Source: Trichoplax sp. H2
Lineage: Eukaryota
DNA: 64,000 bases
NCBI GenBank assembly: GCA_003344405.1
Contig: NOWV01000246.1
Coordinates: 1 to 64,000, forward strand
Direction: 5' to 3'
The notes below the pieces were generated by a model, which was given only the letters and a program-made list of their open reading frames with translations, was not told the DNA's origin and made no database searches. This document shows, piece after piece, positions 1 through 13,500 of this stretch. The first letter of the stretch is position 1, and each line of letters begins with the position of its first letter. The position numbers were made by a program, and so were the translations under genes.

Positions 1-109
1 CCTAACCCTAACCCTAACCCTAACCCTAACCCTAACCCTAACCCTAACCCTAACCCTAACCCTAACCCTAACCCTAACCCTAACCCTAACCCTAACCCTA
101 ACCCTAACC
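1..109. repeat. Telomeric repeat tract (CCCTAA)n, i.e. TTAGGG type; left chromosome end
   Basis: About 18 perfect CCCTAA units from base 1, C-rich strand 5'->3' as expected at a left chromosome end, ending abruptly into AT-rich unique sequence. Confidence 0.97.
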
Positions 110-2479
110 TTATAAATAAAACATATTTTAATTGCGACTAACACCAATTACTGCCTCTACTTTGCATTGTGAATACTTTATCTGCTTCAATGTTTGCAAT
201 ATTAGGGTTAGGGTTTAGCTCAAAAATACGACATAAGTGTAATAACACAAGCTACTTCTTTTTGGCATTCAAAGACTGAATCGTTTGTTATGCTTTGTCT
301 AATCAAAACGAACGCGAATAGTGATTGATGAAATTGAATTTCAAATTTCGAATCGACGCTAAATAAAGAATTGCAATCTGAGCCATTGGTAAGTTCGCTA
401 TGATACTAGATTATCTATTTTGTAAACAAATGATAAAGAAAAAATGGACGAGATAAAGTCATAGGACTTGTCTCAAAATATTAGTGAATTGGTGGAAAGC
501 TAGATTTGATTCATTAATTCAAAAATGCTTTTACTAAACTATACCAATTCTGAAAGATTTTTTTATAGCAGTACCTCTCATCTTATGCAGAATTTAATGT
601 TTGTGCATTATTTACTAATGCAGTTATTCGAAACTTACGTTAAAGTAATTTATTTTTGCCCGTCGCAACATCAAGAAGCATATCTTGTATTGTTAGCAAT
701 TAAGTATATTGTATTAAAATGTGAAATATGTGCAATTTCAGGGGGGGTTTACTAGTCAATAATAATTATATTTTGTATGTTACTCCTAGCGATGTTGTAA
801 GAAATTGAATTTATTTTATTTAATAATTCATCTTCATCAATACGTTTACACATTACGACTACATATGATCTCACACTATTATTCTAGAAGACATCTTTGA
901 TACACAAAAATAAAGCTATTCAACGATTGACCAGTAAATCAAACCTCTCTTAACACAGTTAAAGGCTTTATGAATCCTTAATGCAAATTTTAATCGTATA
1001 TATAACGGTCTTAGATAGCATTGCGCCCATCTATGAGAGATATATACATAATTATTAACCAGCATAAAATCCTCAGTTTACTAGTACAGCAGTTATGCAT
1101 TTTTCAAATACCATTATGAATCTTGCTTTTGTTATGTATCGTTATATCACTACGAGACTTGTACAATAGTAACAAACCGTTTGAAATAGACTAGTAAGTT
1201 ACCCGCCACTTTATTGCGCTTAACACGTACTTACTGCATACGCAAAGATTTATTTATCACGTTAACTAATACATATGTCTATTTTAAAAGTCCTCAGACG
1301 TCGTAGAGTATATGTATCACTGACTTTTATTTAAACTTTATTTAAGTTTGATAATTAAACAATTAAAGCAATCATTGCGCAAAAGTATAAATTTAACGGC
1401 AATTATCGGTTAGGAGGGATATCTGATAAATGTCCCAGTAGTATAGATACTTTGTAGCCTAGCTATCACTAATGTTTGCCAAGTAATAGCTGTTTACTAA
1501 TTATGCTGGAAAGTTCTCTATCCTCGTGACTCACCCTCTGCTTCCTATTTTCCTTTTCCTATCTATATTTATGTTACAATGCTCGTTCATTTCTTCCTAA
1601 ACTCGGTGCAAATTGTTCACCTATGTTATATTCAATTACTCAAATCTAAATAGCCACGAATAGGATTGCGAATACCGCTCCCTAAACTTCTAGTGTCAAA
1701 CATCTGACGGATGTGACCATCACGCATCTTTCCCAGAAAATTAGCTGGATTTTAATTCACTACGATAGTTGGTAAATAATGAAACCTTAGGTAGTTTGCT
1801 CTTTGGCACGCTATTCGGAGTGAGAAGGACTGTTAAAATCACTTATACCTGATTAGAAATATTACTTATATGCTGTCGTGTAATACTCCGGAAGATAATA
1901 CCGATGCAGAAAAAACTGGGGGATAATATAAATATCAACTTTAACTCCTAAATGACTAATTGTAAAAATTTTTCTATATAAAAGTCAGGTAACTGATCAG
2001 TGATAACTGGGCCGGTAGCTAGCCACTTAAGAATTAACATTAATTTAAGCGGCATAGAAAAACTAAGCTTTAAACATAAGTAGTAATTGGTAGCTGGTGA
2101 CCGGCCATATTTGTTTTTGCAGTGGTTGCGGAATTTTCTCGTACTCTATCATTCGATACAAGAATAGTATAGAAAAGTGCATATATCATTAAGCTTATGT
2201 CTTCAGAACATACTAAGACTTTATCATTGCAGTAATTACAAAAAGTAGCTGATTACTGATAGCTATGACCATGGTACAGTACGTTTTTTTGTTGTATTAT
2301 ACCGATACGACGTCCATAGTTCATAGTTCACGGTCATAATCATAGTCCACTATTTGCATCTGTAAACATGATGTTTAAATCCAGTTGGAAGTAGTTGATT
2401 ATAATTATTTTACTGCACAAAACTGTATCTTTACAGAGTCACTCGGGTTAATAATCCTGTCCACTGCTGAAAGACTAAA

Positions 2480-2875
2480 ATGTCTTCTCAAGGATCGCCA
2501 AAGACGTTTACTAGATCAGAAGTTATTGAGCACGATAAAAGTGAATCGTTATGGCTGGTAGTACACAACAAAGTATATGATGTAACCAATTTCATGGTGG
2601 AGCATCCTGGTGGAGAGGAAATATTGCTAGAAATGGCAGGCAAAGACGCTACGATAGCATTCGAAGAAAATGGACATTCTGTTGATGCCCGAGCCCTAAT
2701 GGGCAACTATTATGTTGGAAATATTGAAGCTTCGGAAGTTCATGAAGATGAAAAAGCTCGCCTTTTCCCAGTAGCTATTCAAGATAAAGATACAAACGGA
2801 TCTAATTTAGGCGTAATTCTTGTTGTTTTAATAATTGCTATATTATCTTACATACTTTTATCGAAGTCATCGTGA
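2480..2875 (+). CDS. CYB5: Cytochrome b5, tail-anchored, 131 aa, single coding exon
   Basis: Heme-binding signature W-LVVHNKVYDVTNF-EHPGGEE-L...GKDAT-AFE-GHS; hydrophobic C-terminal anchor LGVILVVLIIAILSYILL; AG acceptor just upstream (~2436) suggests a 5' UTR intron. Confidence 0.95.
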   Translation: MSSQGSPKTFTRSEVIEHDKSESLWLVVHNKVYDVTNFMVEHPGGEEILLEMAGKDATIAFEENGHSVDARALMGNYYVGNIEASEVHEDEKARLFPVAIQDKDTNGSNLGVILVVLIIAILSYILLSKSS

Positions 2876-5800
2876 TCTCCATGTGCGGTACATGAAATTA
2901 ACACGGTACGACGTAAACTAAGTGTATAGTGTAACTACAGTACAACACACATTGTCTAGTAAACATGGATTAATGTTGTACCTTAATTAATAGTGGTTCA
3001 CGTATCCATTTTTTGTCGTACCAAAATTAAAATACAACTTCATCATCATCCAAAATTCATGTAAAACCATTATTGCGTTTATACGTGTTAAAAATTCTCA
3101 TTAATTTTATTTGCACTAATTTATGGAAATGGTTAAAATTGCAATAAATCCAATTTAATCGATTAAATGGTCTACTAATGTTATGTGATACATACATCTT
3201 CATTTGCTATCAAAAGAGAGTGTAATGAAGACCCATTTTATATTTAGCGTATGTAGCTACTTCTATTTGCATTATATGTATGGTCATTGAGCCATTAGAT
3301 AGGCCAGAAAAACGATAAGTACGCGTACGGCTTGAAGGATTTAAATCATTGTCTATAGCTCAAAATTTTCAATGTATTAGCTTAACACTACATAATTTCA
3401 GCGATCTAATTATTATATTATGAAAATACTAGTATCTAGCAATATACGAGCAAATTAGCCCATAATACGGGTACATCTATATATACTGTATGGCTACACA
3501 ATACCACGGCTAAAGACTAATAACTGCTCATGCTAACTGCCCGATAATTTTAGATTTCCTCAAACTTGAATGGCGATTTAAGTTTTATGTCTGCACTACA
3601 CTCTATAACTATTGCTATTATATCGGCTAATTACCGTGTCAGGTATATCATTTAAGATTAAGTTTTTATCAGATTAATTTCTATAATTCTTTTCTTAAAT
3701 GGCTGCAGTATATCGATATTTGGTTCTTTCTTAAATTGTATATCGTAGACAATATTATATTAAATAATAATAGATTCATCAAAATTTATTAGCCTCTATC
3801 TAAGCAAATAGAATTATTTAGTAAAAGTATATATTAACTTGAGCTTTAATGAAGCTTTTTTTAGATATGATACTGACCCATGGCGATTAAGAGACTTTAG
3901 CTTGCTCAGATTTCTATAAAAAGAACTACTGTAATATTATAAAGTGTTTAAAAATAATGTAAAGTGATGAATTATTTACTTTTATTGTAGAAAAATTTTC
4001 TATGTGTTAATGAAATTTGTACCTCTGTTATATTATAGGAAGAGCCCATGCTCTCATACGATATAGTTTACCTACGAATTTTAGAATAGAGTCATGGATT
4101 ACTAAAATACATGGATTACTAGACATGTTATAGTAGTCCACTAAAGGGCACGGTCGGTTGGTTAGCATACATAACGTTGCTTTACATTCTAGTTGACATC
4201 CACCGTGGGTGCGACATCAACTGTAAGTAAATAGGTATCCTGTTGTACTCTAACTTACTTATTTGTAACTGAAGTTAGAAATTTGGCAACACCTAGTCTA
4301 TAAGACACCATTGCTGGGTCATTACTTTATTAAATTGAATTATTTGAGACCGTAAGCCGAGATAACCTCCTATTCATGTATGTATCATACCTACTATTCT
4401 TGTTACAACTAATTCTACCAAGATCCTAAAATTATAACGAATCTGCTGGCTTCAATCAATCACACTGTATGGTCTTACACGTATTTATGATTCTTTATGG
4501 ATTTCTTTCTATTCTGCATCTTAAATGGAAACGGTATTTAATATTTAATTTAATATTTAATCAGAACGTGGTTATACAATAATTTTTCGAATATCCTTAT
4601 ATTCAGATTTCATCATGAAAAGTTATCTATCATTTTACAGGCTTAATCAAATAGTAAACTATATTCTAATTATAGCATCAAGATATAGCCGTCAGCTCGC
4701 TAATTTTACTTCTATACGATTTGGCCCGTTCTTAAATATAAATTGTACAGCAGAGGGTTGAATGGGTCTTATAGCTAAAGTAGTTCCACTTAATTAAAAG
4801 TATACATCAATAATATTTAATTGCCTAATATTAAGACATACATATTCGTGCTAACTTTAGTATTCCATTCCATGTAGTTTATAAATACGGTGTTCGGGAT
4901 TGTATATCTCGCGAAAGTTTGTAATTTTTTATGTTAAAGTTTTTTAACCATGGGTAATTTCCCTCAATATAATATCTATCGACATTATGTCTGCAGGATC
5001 ATCCAATTGGATTAGATCAGATGGGTCATCAAACTATTTTATTCCACGTTGGCAGTAATAGTAACTATCTTTACCATAACGATACTAGTTAAAATCGAAG
5101 GTACCGTAGCAAGCCAGAATTGGCACTTAGCCAAAAAGATACCATCAGCTTCAGCATTCAATGATTCTTAGCACCTTGCTTTACTAGATCTATCAATACA
5201 ATACTGGAAGTTGTGTGCGGTGACTACATTAGTTTTCGGTCGATAAATCTATGCTACCACCCGTATGTAGTCATAGGCTAAGTTTAATACTCGGATACTG
5301 TCCAAAATAATCGGCTTTCCAGACTATTGATATCGTTATCTACCTATCTGATACTATCATGGAATACTGTGGCCAGTTTAAAAAGCTTTGGAGATTAATT
5401 ACCAAGATTGAAGTTCAGTATGTTATTCATAGGTAAACTATGCATTTTAGATCAGTAATAGAAGGTGAAGTTAAACATGTACAACCGCTGCCTTTGATTG
5501 ATGTTTAAGTTAGTTGTAGTCTCTTTGAAAAGTAACCGCAAAGTAAAAAATAAATACAGTACTATTTTTGTAAAGCGTAAACGACAGGTATTAGAAAATA
5601 ACCGAAAAATTCTCTTGGAGCTCCAAAGTGTGCTAACTCATCTAGCTAATATTACCATCCGTTAGCCTAGTTTAATTATTGCAATAGCAATCAAGAACAT
5701 GATAAACTTTATCATTTATACGACATATTTTTCATAGCATTTTATACATTTAGTTTAGGAAAATAGCTATCTGCCCTTCTTTCATGTTATATGTCTAACT

Positions 5801-8800
5801 AACTTGAGGATTGCTATGACAGAAGTGAAATTCTCGTAAAGAGTAGAAAATTCATCTTTACAACTTATGAATGTTAGATCAAATAACATTATATACCATA
5901 TGTTACACTTTATTGGTATTAAAATGAAATTTTTAGGTCACCTCATTCCATTTAATTATGCATTCATATTGCAGAGGATGATTAATACCGATTTATCCTC
6001 TAGGAAAAAATGAGAAGATTATATCATAGTGTCTAGTAAAGACAGCAATGACGATGCTGTATCTTGCCTTGGTACTAGTGGTATGTGATTCATCCTATTA
6101 GTCTGCGACAAAGTTATTCACACTAATATGAATATAACAATTGATTATTTTACTCATTTTTATCAATGTTGCATCTTCTAATAAAAATGATTCCTTACAT
6201 CGTTACGTATTTGCAATCAACGTGTGCCCCAAGTTATATACATAAGTAATTTTTGCAAGATTTCACTATAAATGCTTTTCAGCTTTTATCACACATGACG
6301 AGATTTTACACGAACGTGCTAAAAAATATATAGCTACTAACTATTATACCATATACTCTGAATTTTTTTACCAGCGAAGTCGGCGGGTTCAAACTCGAAT
6401 TTTATTCCATAGTTGCACTTATTTATAACAAGAAATATAAAAATATCATAATTTTATTCAACGTTCCAATCAGTGCTAAGAATCTTATATATTAAATATT
6501 AAAAAATTTGTGTTGCGTACGTAACGCTTATCCCGACCAATTTTTGCCAGCGAAGTCAAACTCGTAAATTTATTAGTATTACAAATCTTACCTTGCAAGA
6601 TTAATTACCCTAGCAACGTTTTCGTAAATTAGCTCTACTATAACACGATCTAATAAATATTGTATTTTAAATTCAGTAGATCTACTGATCAAGTACTAAT
6701 TCCTTCTAGGTATTACTATATTGACCATTAAAAATTTTTCAAGACTACCATAGTGTCTATAGAGGTTTAAAATTAATACATATCCTACGAAAGCCTAAAC
6801 TTTACTTCCATAGTCATTGGTTCGCTCCGATAGTAGCCTAAAGATAACCTTTATTTGTAGTACCGACTAAATAATTTAGGATTCTCATTGAAATGATAGG
6901 TTAGAATTATTTTGAATGATAAAGTTGCCGGGTAGATTAGAATGTAAATTATTATCATAGAATATTTCTTAAATTGGTTGAAGTTGACAAATGTATAGAC
7001 AATTTCTAAGTTTTAATCTTCGCTACTATACACTGCAGTAATTGACTTATTTAATTTTAAATAGGGAAACAAATTGATATAAAGAGAAAATAGCTTGTTA
7101 CTTTATGAGTTATCATCTTTCTTTCCTTAATCAATCAACTAATATATAGCTATTCAACACCAATTTGTACGGTTTTCATAGATTGAGGCCTACATTGCTT
7201 GACCGTACATGTACTTACTAGGAAATAACCTTTGCAATCTACTAAAGTACAGCAATTTATTAAACATTCAGTTTCGGTGCAATGTGATTTATTTTAAATC
7301 AGTCAAAATGTAAATGGTTACATGCTCCTTCTATTACATTGAATAAATCATTAACAACGCTACGCTTAGGAATTGTATAGTATGACGCAGCCCAGAAACT
7401 ATACGATCAACCAATTGCAGATTAATCACCGAAATTTTGACTATAACGTACGTTATTAAGCTTTATGCAAATAAAATTTTAACGGAGAGAGTCCAAGTTG
7501 CATCTGGAGAAATTATAACCGAGTAATGTATTTTTATGTTGGGTCATTTGAATATTCTATATATAGATCAATTATTATTAAATACTCGCCCTTACACCTG
7601 GCTTAAGCTACAATTAGCAAATAAAGGTAGAAATTGAGATCGATGATATCACTATTAGTATTTAATATAGCTAAAGTTCGTATCGATACATTTCAATTTA
7701 TATTTTTCATTTGTAGGTGTTGTAACAGGATTGATTTATGCCAGAGAAAATGCTGTACTAATGGAGATATTTTCGTAAACTCCAATCCGTATACAGTAAA
7801 TTAAGGATTTCTTGAAAATTCGTAACTATGTTGGTATAATTAGATAGTAGTTAGTTTAACGCTGTTAATACGGTACTCCATAAGTGCTTCTATAAGAATC
7901 TACATAGTTGAGGTAAATAAACATTTATGTTTCATATAGATGCACATAAAATCGGAAATATCTTAAATATCACTATTGGAATTAAATTTGCTAAATTCGA
8001 AAAATTAGATGTCCAAAGTTCAAGGCTCTGCACGACATGAGCAGCGATGAATCCTGCTGTGATCTGTAGGACATGTTTTACACTTTCATCCTTGACGAAT
8101 ATAAAAGGCTAATTTTGTTTTATGATCATTGTCACGTCATTCCTTTATTCTTTGGTCTAATAGCAATATATGTGAAATAAGTAATTATAGAATGTCATAT
8201 TATCGGATAAAGTTTAGTATGACCTAAATGTGCTATCAAACCAGTATCTGATAGAAGCAGCAGATTACAAAATTAGTAAATTATAATTTATTGAGTAAGA
8301 CGTATAGTATCTGTGATATGATTAATTATTATAGCCCAAGTATACAGCCGTAAACAACTACTGCAGCTGTGTGAAATTCGACTTGATCAACTTTTGAATT
8401 ACAAGTTAGAACAGTTATTTACAAATCCTAAGAAAATACCTTGAACGAGGAGCTTACTTTTGGGCGAAATTTTTAGCCGACCTCATGCTGATGGCAAAAT
8501 ACGCGGAAAGATTTAGACCCCCTGCTTGGATTTATAGCAATTTCTGAAAAAGTGTTGAAGTGATGCCCAGCGCTTAAAGCATAAATTTCAAAGCTTACCC
8601 TCCTGCTCCGATCATGCTTTAATTCTGACCACCAGAGCAGAAACTATCCCAAAACTGTTGCCAAATTATCTCTGGAAATATAAAAGAATTTTTAAAAGTA
8701 ATTCTTTGAAAAACTTTCTGATCTTATAAATCATTACACTTCTATCAAATGAAGCTGACGTATGACAAATATAGAACGTGCAAAGTCCCTTGTATTATGC

Positions 8801-9093
8801 CAGTATAGAAAGACTGGCAAAACCAAACCGGTATGTTATAAACAATTTTCGTCCAATCAATTTGAGCGGTTTTGACATTACCCTTTGAACATAAGCAATG
8901 GAATATGCATACTGCATATCTTACTGTAAATATAAATACAATAGATGCTGCAATATAATACAGTATAAAGGCAAATCAATCTAGTGATTAAACCGCCCTC
9001 ACAATCAATTAAATTTTCGAGCAGGATATACTCGTTTATTATTTCTAAACATGAGAGCAGGTGTAATGCTACTATATTTCCGTTAAGGGAGAG

Positions 9094-9101
9094 TATATAA
9101 G
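9094..9101 (+). promoter_or_regulatory. Possible TATA box (TATATAAG) of the desaturase gene
   Basis: Consensus-like TATA about 350 bp upstream of the ATG, with an AG acceptor just before the ATG implying a 5' UTR intron; weak evidence in AT-rich DNA. Confidence 0.25.
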
Positions 9102-9451
9102 CACATCACAGGTAGAGGTACAAAGACTTTTGCCATATTTTGATGTCTCATACGTTGAAAAACTTATTTCTCGTCACCTTTTCTTTGATATCTGGTGAGA
9201 TACGACTAAAGAAAATAAGATACAGACTGATCATATCGCAAGATCATACTATACAAAATCTATAAAATGTAGTCCACTTCTTAATCTCCATTTACTATAT
9301 TTTATTCTTTATAAGTAATATATAATTGTGTTTATAAGCATAATTTAATTGAAATTGCTCATTTTTTGGCTCATTTTACGATGCAATTAGTATGATTACG
9401 TTAAAGAATTAATATTGTCATTATAATTCTTATAGGATAGAATCTATTGTC

Positions 9452-10595
9452 ATGGGATTTCAAGGATCATCTACTACTACTGTCTCAGAAGTGAAAAATA
9501 AAGCTACAGCTGTGAATGACGAATTGCCTCCTCTCAGAGAGCAAATTATTTGGAAAAATGTTCTTAGATTTGGGTTCTTTCATGTCCTTTACATCAAAGG
9601 CTTGACTCTTCTACCCTACGTAAAAGGATGGTCAATAGTTTGGATTTTTGTTCTTCATTTTTTCGGATCGCTTGGCATAACAGCTGGCGTGCATCGCCTA
9701 TGGAGTCATAGGTTAGAAATTTAGTGCTAGTTAAGCTATAGTACCATATACACTTACATATGATTACTCAGCATTTCTCCCCAATACCTTAGGTCATACA
9801 AAGCATCGACTGCAATGCGTATATTTCTTATGTTGTGCAATTCCATGACGTACGAAAATAGCATATTACATTGGGCCAGAGATCATAGAGTTCATCATAA
9901 ATTTACTGATACTAATGCTGACCCCCACAGCGCTGGTCGAGGATTTTTCTTCAGTCATATCGGCTGGTTATTGGTAAAGAAGAACCATAGAACTAAGGAA
10001 GAAGGAGATAAAATCAATTATGATGATTTATATCAAGATAAGGTCGTTATGTTTCAGTACAGGTAGGATACGTGCTTGATGATATTTTAAAGACTTTGAC
10101 CCATATTTATCACTATTAAATGATAGCTAATAATTTTTCGTACTACTGTATCGATGAAAATTACATAGGTACTATGGACTTACAGTGTTGGTGTGCTGGC
10201 TCTTATTTCCTCTATTAGTTCCGATGCTAGCTTGGCAAGAAACCTTCATGAATTCCCTCTTTGTATGCGTATTTTTACGTCATGGAATGATTCTTCATGC
10301 TACATACTGCATTAATAGCTTCTCGCATTTCTTTGGAATGAAACCTTACGATCGCCACATGAAACCTACTGAAAATCATCTTACTAACTTTGTTATAGCT
10401 GGTGAAGGTTTTCACAACTATCATCATTCGTTTCCGTATGACTATTCCGCTAGCGAATTTCGCATATTTAATGTTTCAACATTATTCATCGATTTTTGCG
10501 CTTTCCTCGGTCTAGCTAGTCATAGACGTAGAGTGTCGCCAGAAGCGATTAAGAGAAGGATACAAAGGACTGGAGACGGTTCTCACAAAGGCTAA
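9452..10595 (+). CDS. SCD: Delta-9 acyl-CoA (stearoyl-CoA) desaturase, 3 exons: 9452-9711, 9793-10062, 10169-10595 (318 aa)
   Basis: Three His boxes HRLWSH, HRVHH and HNYHH; GEGFHNYHH-FPYDY motif; C-terminal RTGDGSH. GT-AG introns join the three ORF-track fragments in frame. No fused b5 domain (animal type). Confidence 0.95.
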
Positions 10596-13500
10596 TTATT
10601 ATTTGTTGGTAAAACCCGTAAAATAGATAACTTTTATCTGGAGATGCTGGTATAATGTAATAAATAGAGCATAAGTAGGGTTCTATATGATCTTCTAGAG
10701 ATTAATAATTATAATAGTTGTAATAAGGATTTACTCTAGTTCGGTTTACTTCTGAATGGCTTGGTCACAGGATTACGTTTAGAATTAAAATACTTGTTGT
10801 AACTTTTATTTTTGCGGCGATGAATTGCCTATGTACGCATGCAGGTGTAAGCATTGAATCAATAAAAAGAAAATATTTTTCTGCAGAATATTTATTCTCA
10901 GAATCAGTCATACATTAGTCTATGCTGCTAATATATTTTAAAATTTCCACTACAGTTCAGAATGTACAGTATAGTGATAGTTATTATGTTGTTGGTCGAC
11001 GTCTCGCTATTGTTATTGACAGGAAATAATCTTTAGTTGGCGTAAAGTATACCGTACTTCCATAAAGAAATTTAATTTAGATTTCCAGGTATTCATCACT
11101 ATATCGTTAATAATTATGAACAATTTATATTTGAAGTTTAAACTTTTGTCTTAGAAATTGTCATACAAAAACAAACGATATAGTTCAATAAATTAAATGC
11201 ATACCTATATTACCCTTTTTTTGGCATGCTTTAATCTAGAGAATATTTAGAGTAAAATTCCCTCAACCTAGTTTAATTTAACTTCATTAAATAAAGTTAA
11301 TACGGTTATCAATTCATTATTATAAGTACGGGTTTATGTAATGTATTTAGATTTCACTGTAGTCTTACCATATCTTTAAATATAGACATTTTGTGTTGTA
11401 ACGAATACATATAGCTTTGCAGTCTAATTCTACTATACTCAAATATAGCGTGTTACGTTTAGTTATTTATAGCACCTGCAGCCTTCGCTGTCTCCTACAA
11501 TCTTTGCTATTACTTTGTCTGTTTATCGTAAATGTCTTATCTAATTGTAAAACCTGTTCTCCTCATGTATTCTATCTCTTAATCTATAAATACTCGATGA
11601 TTTCTGCCTCAAATTTGTTAGTTGCACTAGTCACAGTAGTAGTACTTCCATAGGATACTTCACAACAGCTCACATACTGCTATACCGTAACTACCGCATT
11701 GAACCTCCGTTAGTATCTACAATACAGTATCCACTTTAATTAAAACTCCTTGTATAAATTCTGTGAACCGCTACTAAGCCTACAGCCGCTGACTCTTTCA
11801 ACCCTTTATCACAGCATACTTCTCACACGTTTCATGCACCAATTTGGAAGTTCAAAGTTACATTAAAATTAGTTCACACCTTCACTATGGACTATTCAGA
11901 CATGCCTATCTATTTCATATCTACTAACTTGTAAATTAAGAATACAAGATAATGAAATTATTTGATAGACATTTAGCTAGATCTACGCCTAATTAGTGCC
12001 CTTTTCTCTATATTTTCAATCCAGTACGTTGTTTCGAGATTTTTGTCTAAGATGCCGTTAAGTAAGACGAATATAAACTAAAACTGCTGGCATGACATTA
12101 CGCGGAACAAATCTATTGTGATTTTGACAATAAATAATTTACCATGCTGTCAGTACGTACCAAAAATTGATCACATAGATATGAACAGCGATTGCTGCAA
12201 AAAAGTAGCATTCATATTGGATTAAGTTATACAGGAATAAACAGATTTCATTTTAAGGCCGCTTAAAATTCTTAAAATATAAAGGCTTGCAAGATCTTAA
12301 TTAAATTAGCTACATGATTATATAACTAAATTATACTACCAATTTCCGTTAATAACGCAAACAAATTAGTTAATACCAGTTATTTTTCAAATCAACTGTC
12401 AATGACAAGTGACTGCAATAGTTTTAACTCTGAGCTTGGTTTAATCTTGACAAAACTTATTCTTTATATTCCATATTTTACTAATTTATGAATCGAAAAA
12501 TTCGAATCTTAAAGATATCAACAATAAGTTGCATTTAGATATCTTTCAAATCGATACTAATCACGTGAAAGAGGATATTTATTAGTATATGAATTTATAG
12601 ATAACTCTTGATGCATTTCAGCACGTAACCAACAGGTACAGCTTTTCATTTGATAAAAAAAATAAATAATCGATAATAATTATGTAATTCTAATACTTAT
12701 AACATTCGAAAATGCAAATTGCCTATGGAACGATAAGTATATAATGAAAGTAACTTTAGGAATATGACACCTACCAATGTTGCATCACATGCACATAGGC
12801 TTATCTAGAGGTTAGATTTCCGGATGTATATGCGTATACAGTGTACAAATTACCAGCAATTATATTAATATATAAGCTTTAACGGTTATACTTTTCATAA
12901 TGTTAAAGTGCAATATATGCAGCATTATCCATCACTATTGATAGCCTTAGTTATTGCAAGTATTTAATTACTACTAGACAATAGAAATGTTCAAAGTCAT
13001 ATAATTTTTTGATAATTAACTATTACTAAAAGCACAATAAAAGCCACAATCAAATTTTCTTACTTTATTGTATGACTAAATTTTGCTGATATATAGAGTA
13101 CTTTAGTCAGTACGACTTTTGTAACTTATAATAAACATGTATAAACAGGATTAAGTTAGATTAACAGCACAGTATATTGGTTAGCAAAATACTCTTATAA
13201 GATATCGTTCATCAATATCCTAATACATGAAAAACTAAATTTTAAAATATCATCTAGTGTTTTTCCTCGGTAAATATCATAACTGCTTTGTTATTAAAAG
13301 GTATTAGGTATTGTTTTCTCCTTTTCGTAATATCACTATATCTGGCTGATAATGATTAATAAATGTTCATTACATGATTTTCGCTTTGATTTAATACGGT
13401 TCGTTGCTAATAAGTTTTTCAATATTATTATGCAATCAAATAAAAATTGGTCATACTTATAAGGCTCATTTCAACAGTCTTCACCTTTTGCTCCATAACA

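Noticed and set aside
525..755. 76-aa subtelomeric ORF and other short AT-rich ORFs (14807-15368, 18652-19299, 40732-43995, 50033-50326, 54593-54802)
   Set aside because: No domains, composition typical of random AT-rich DNA, and no consistent splice structure.
4990..5440. Slightly GC-richer, exon-like stretch between CYB5 and SCD
   Set aside because: The frames I tried are interrupted by stops and show no recognisable motif.
11417..11890. C-rich, G-poor stretch with a 78-aa ORF
   Set aside because: No credible product on either strand; may be a decayed insertion, but this is unsupported.
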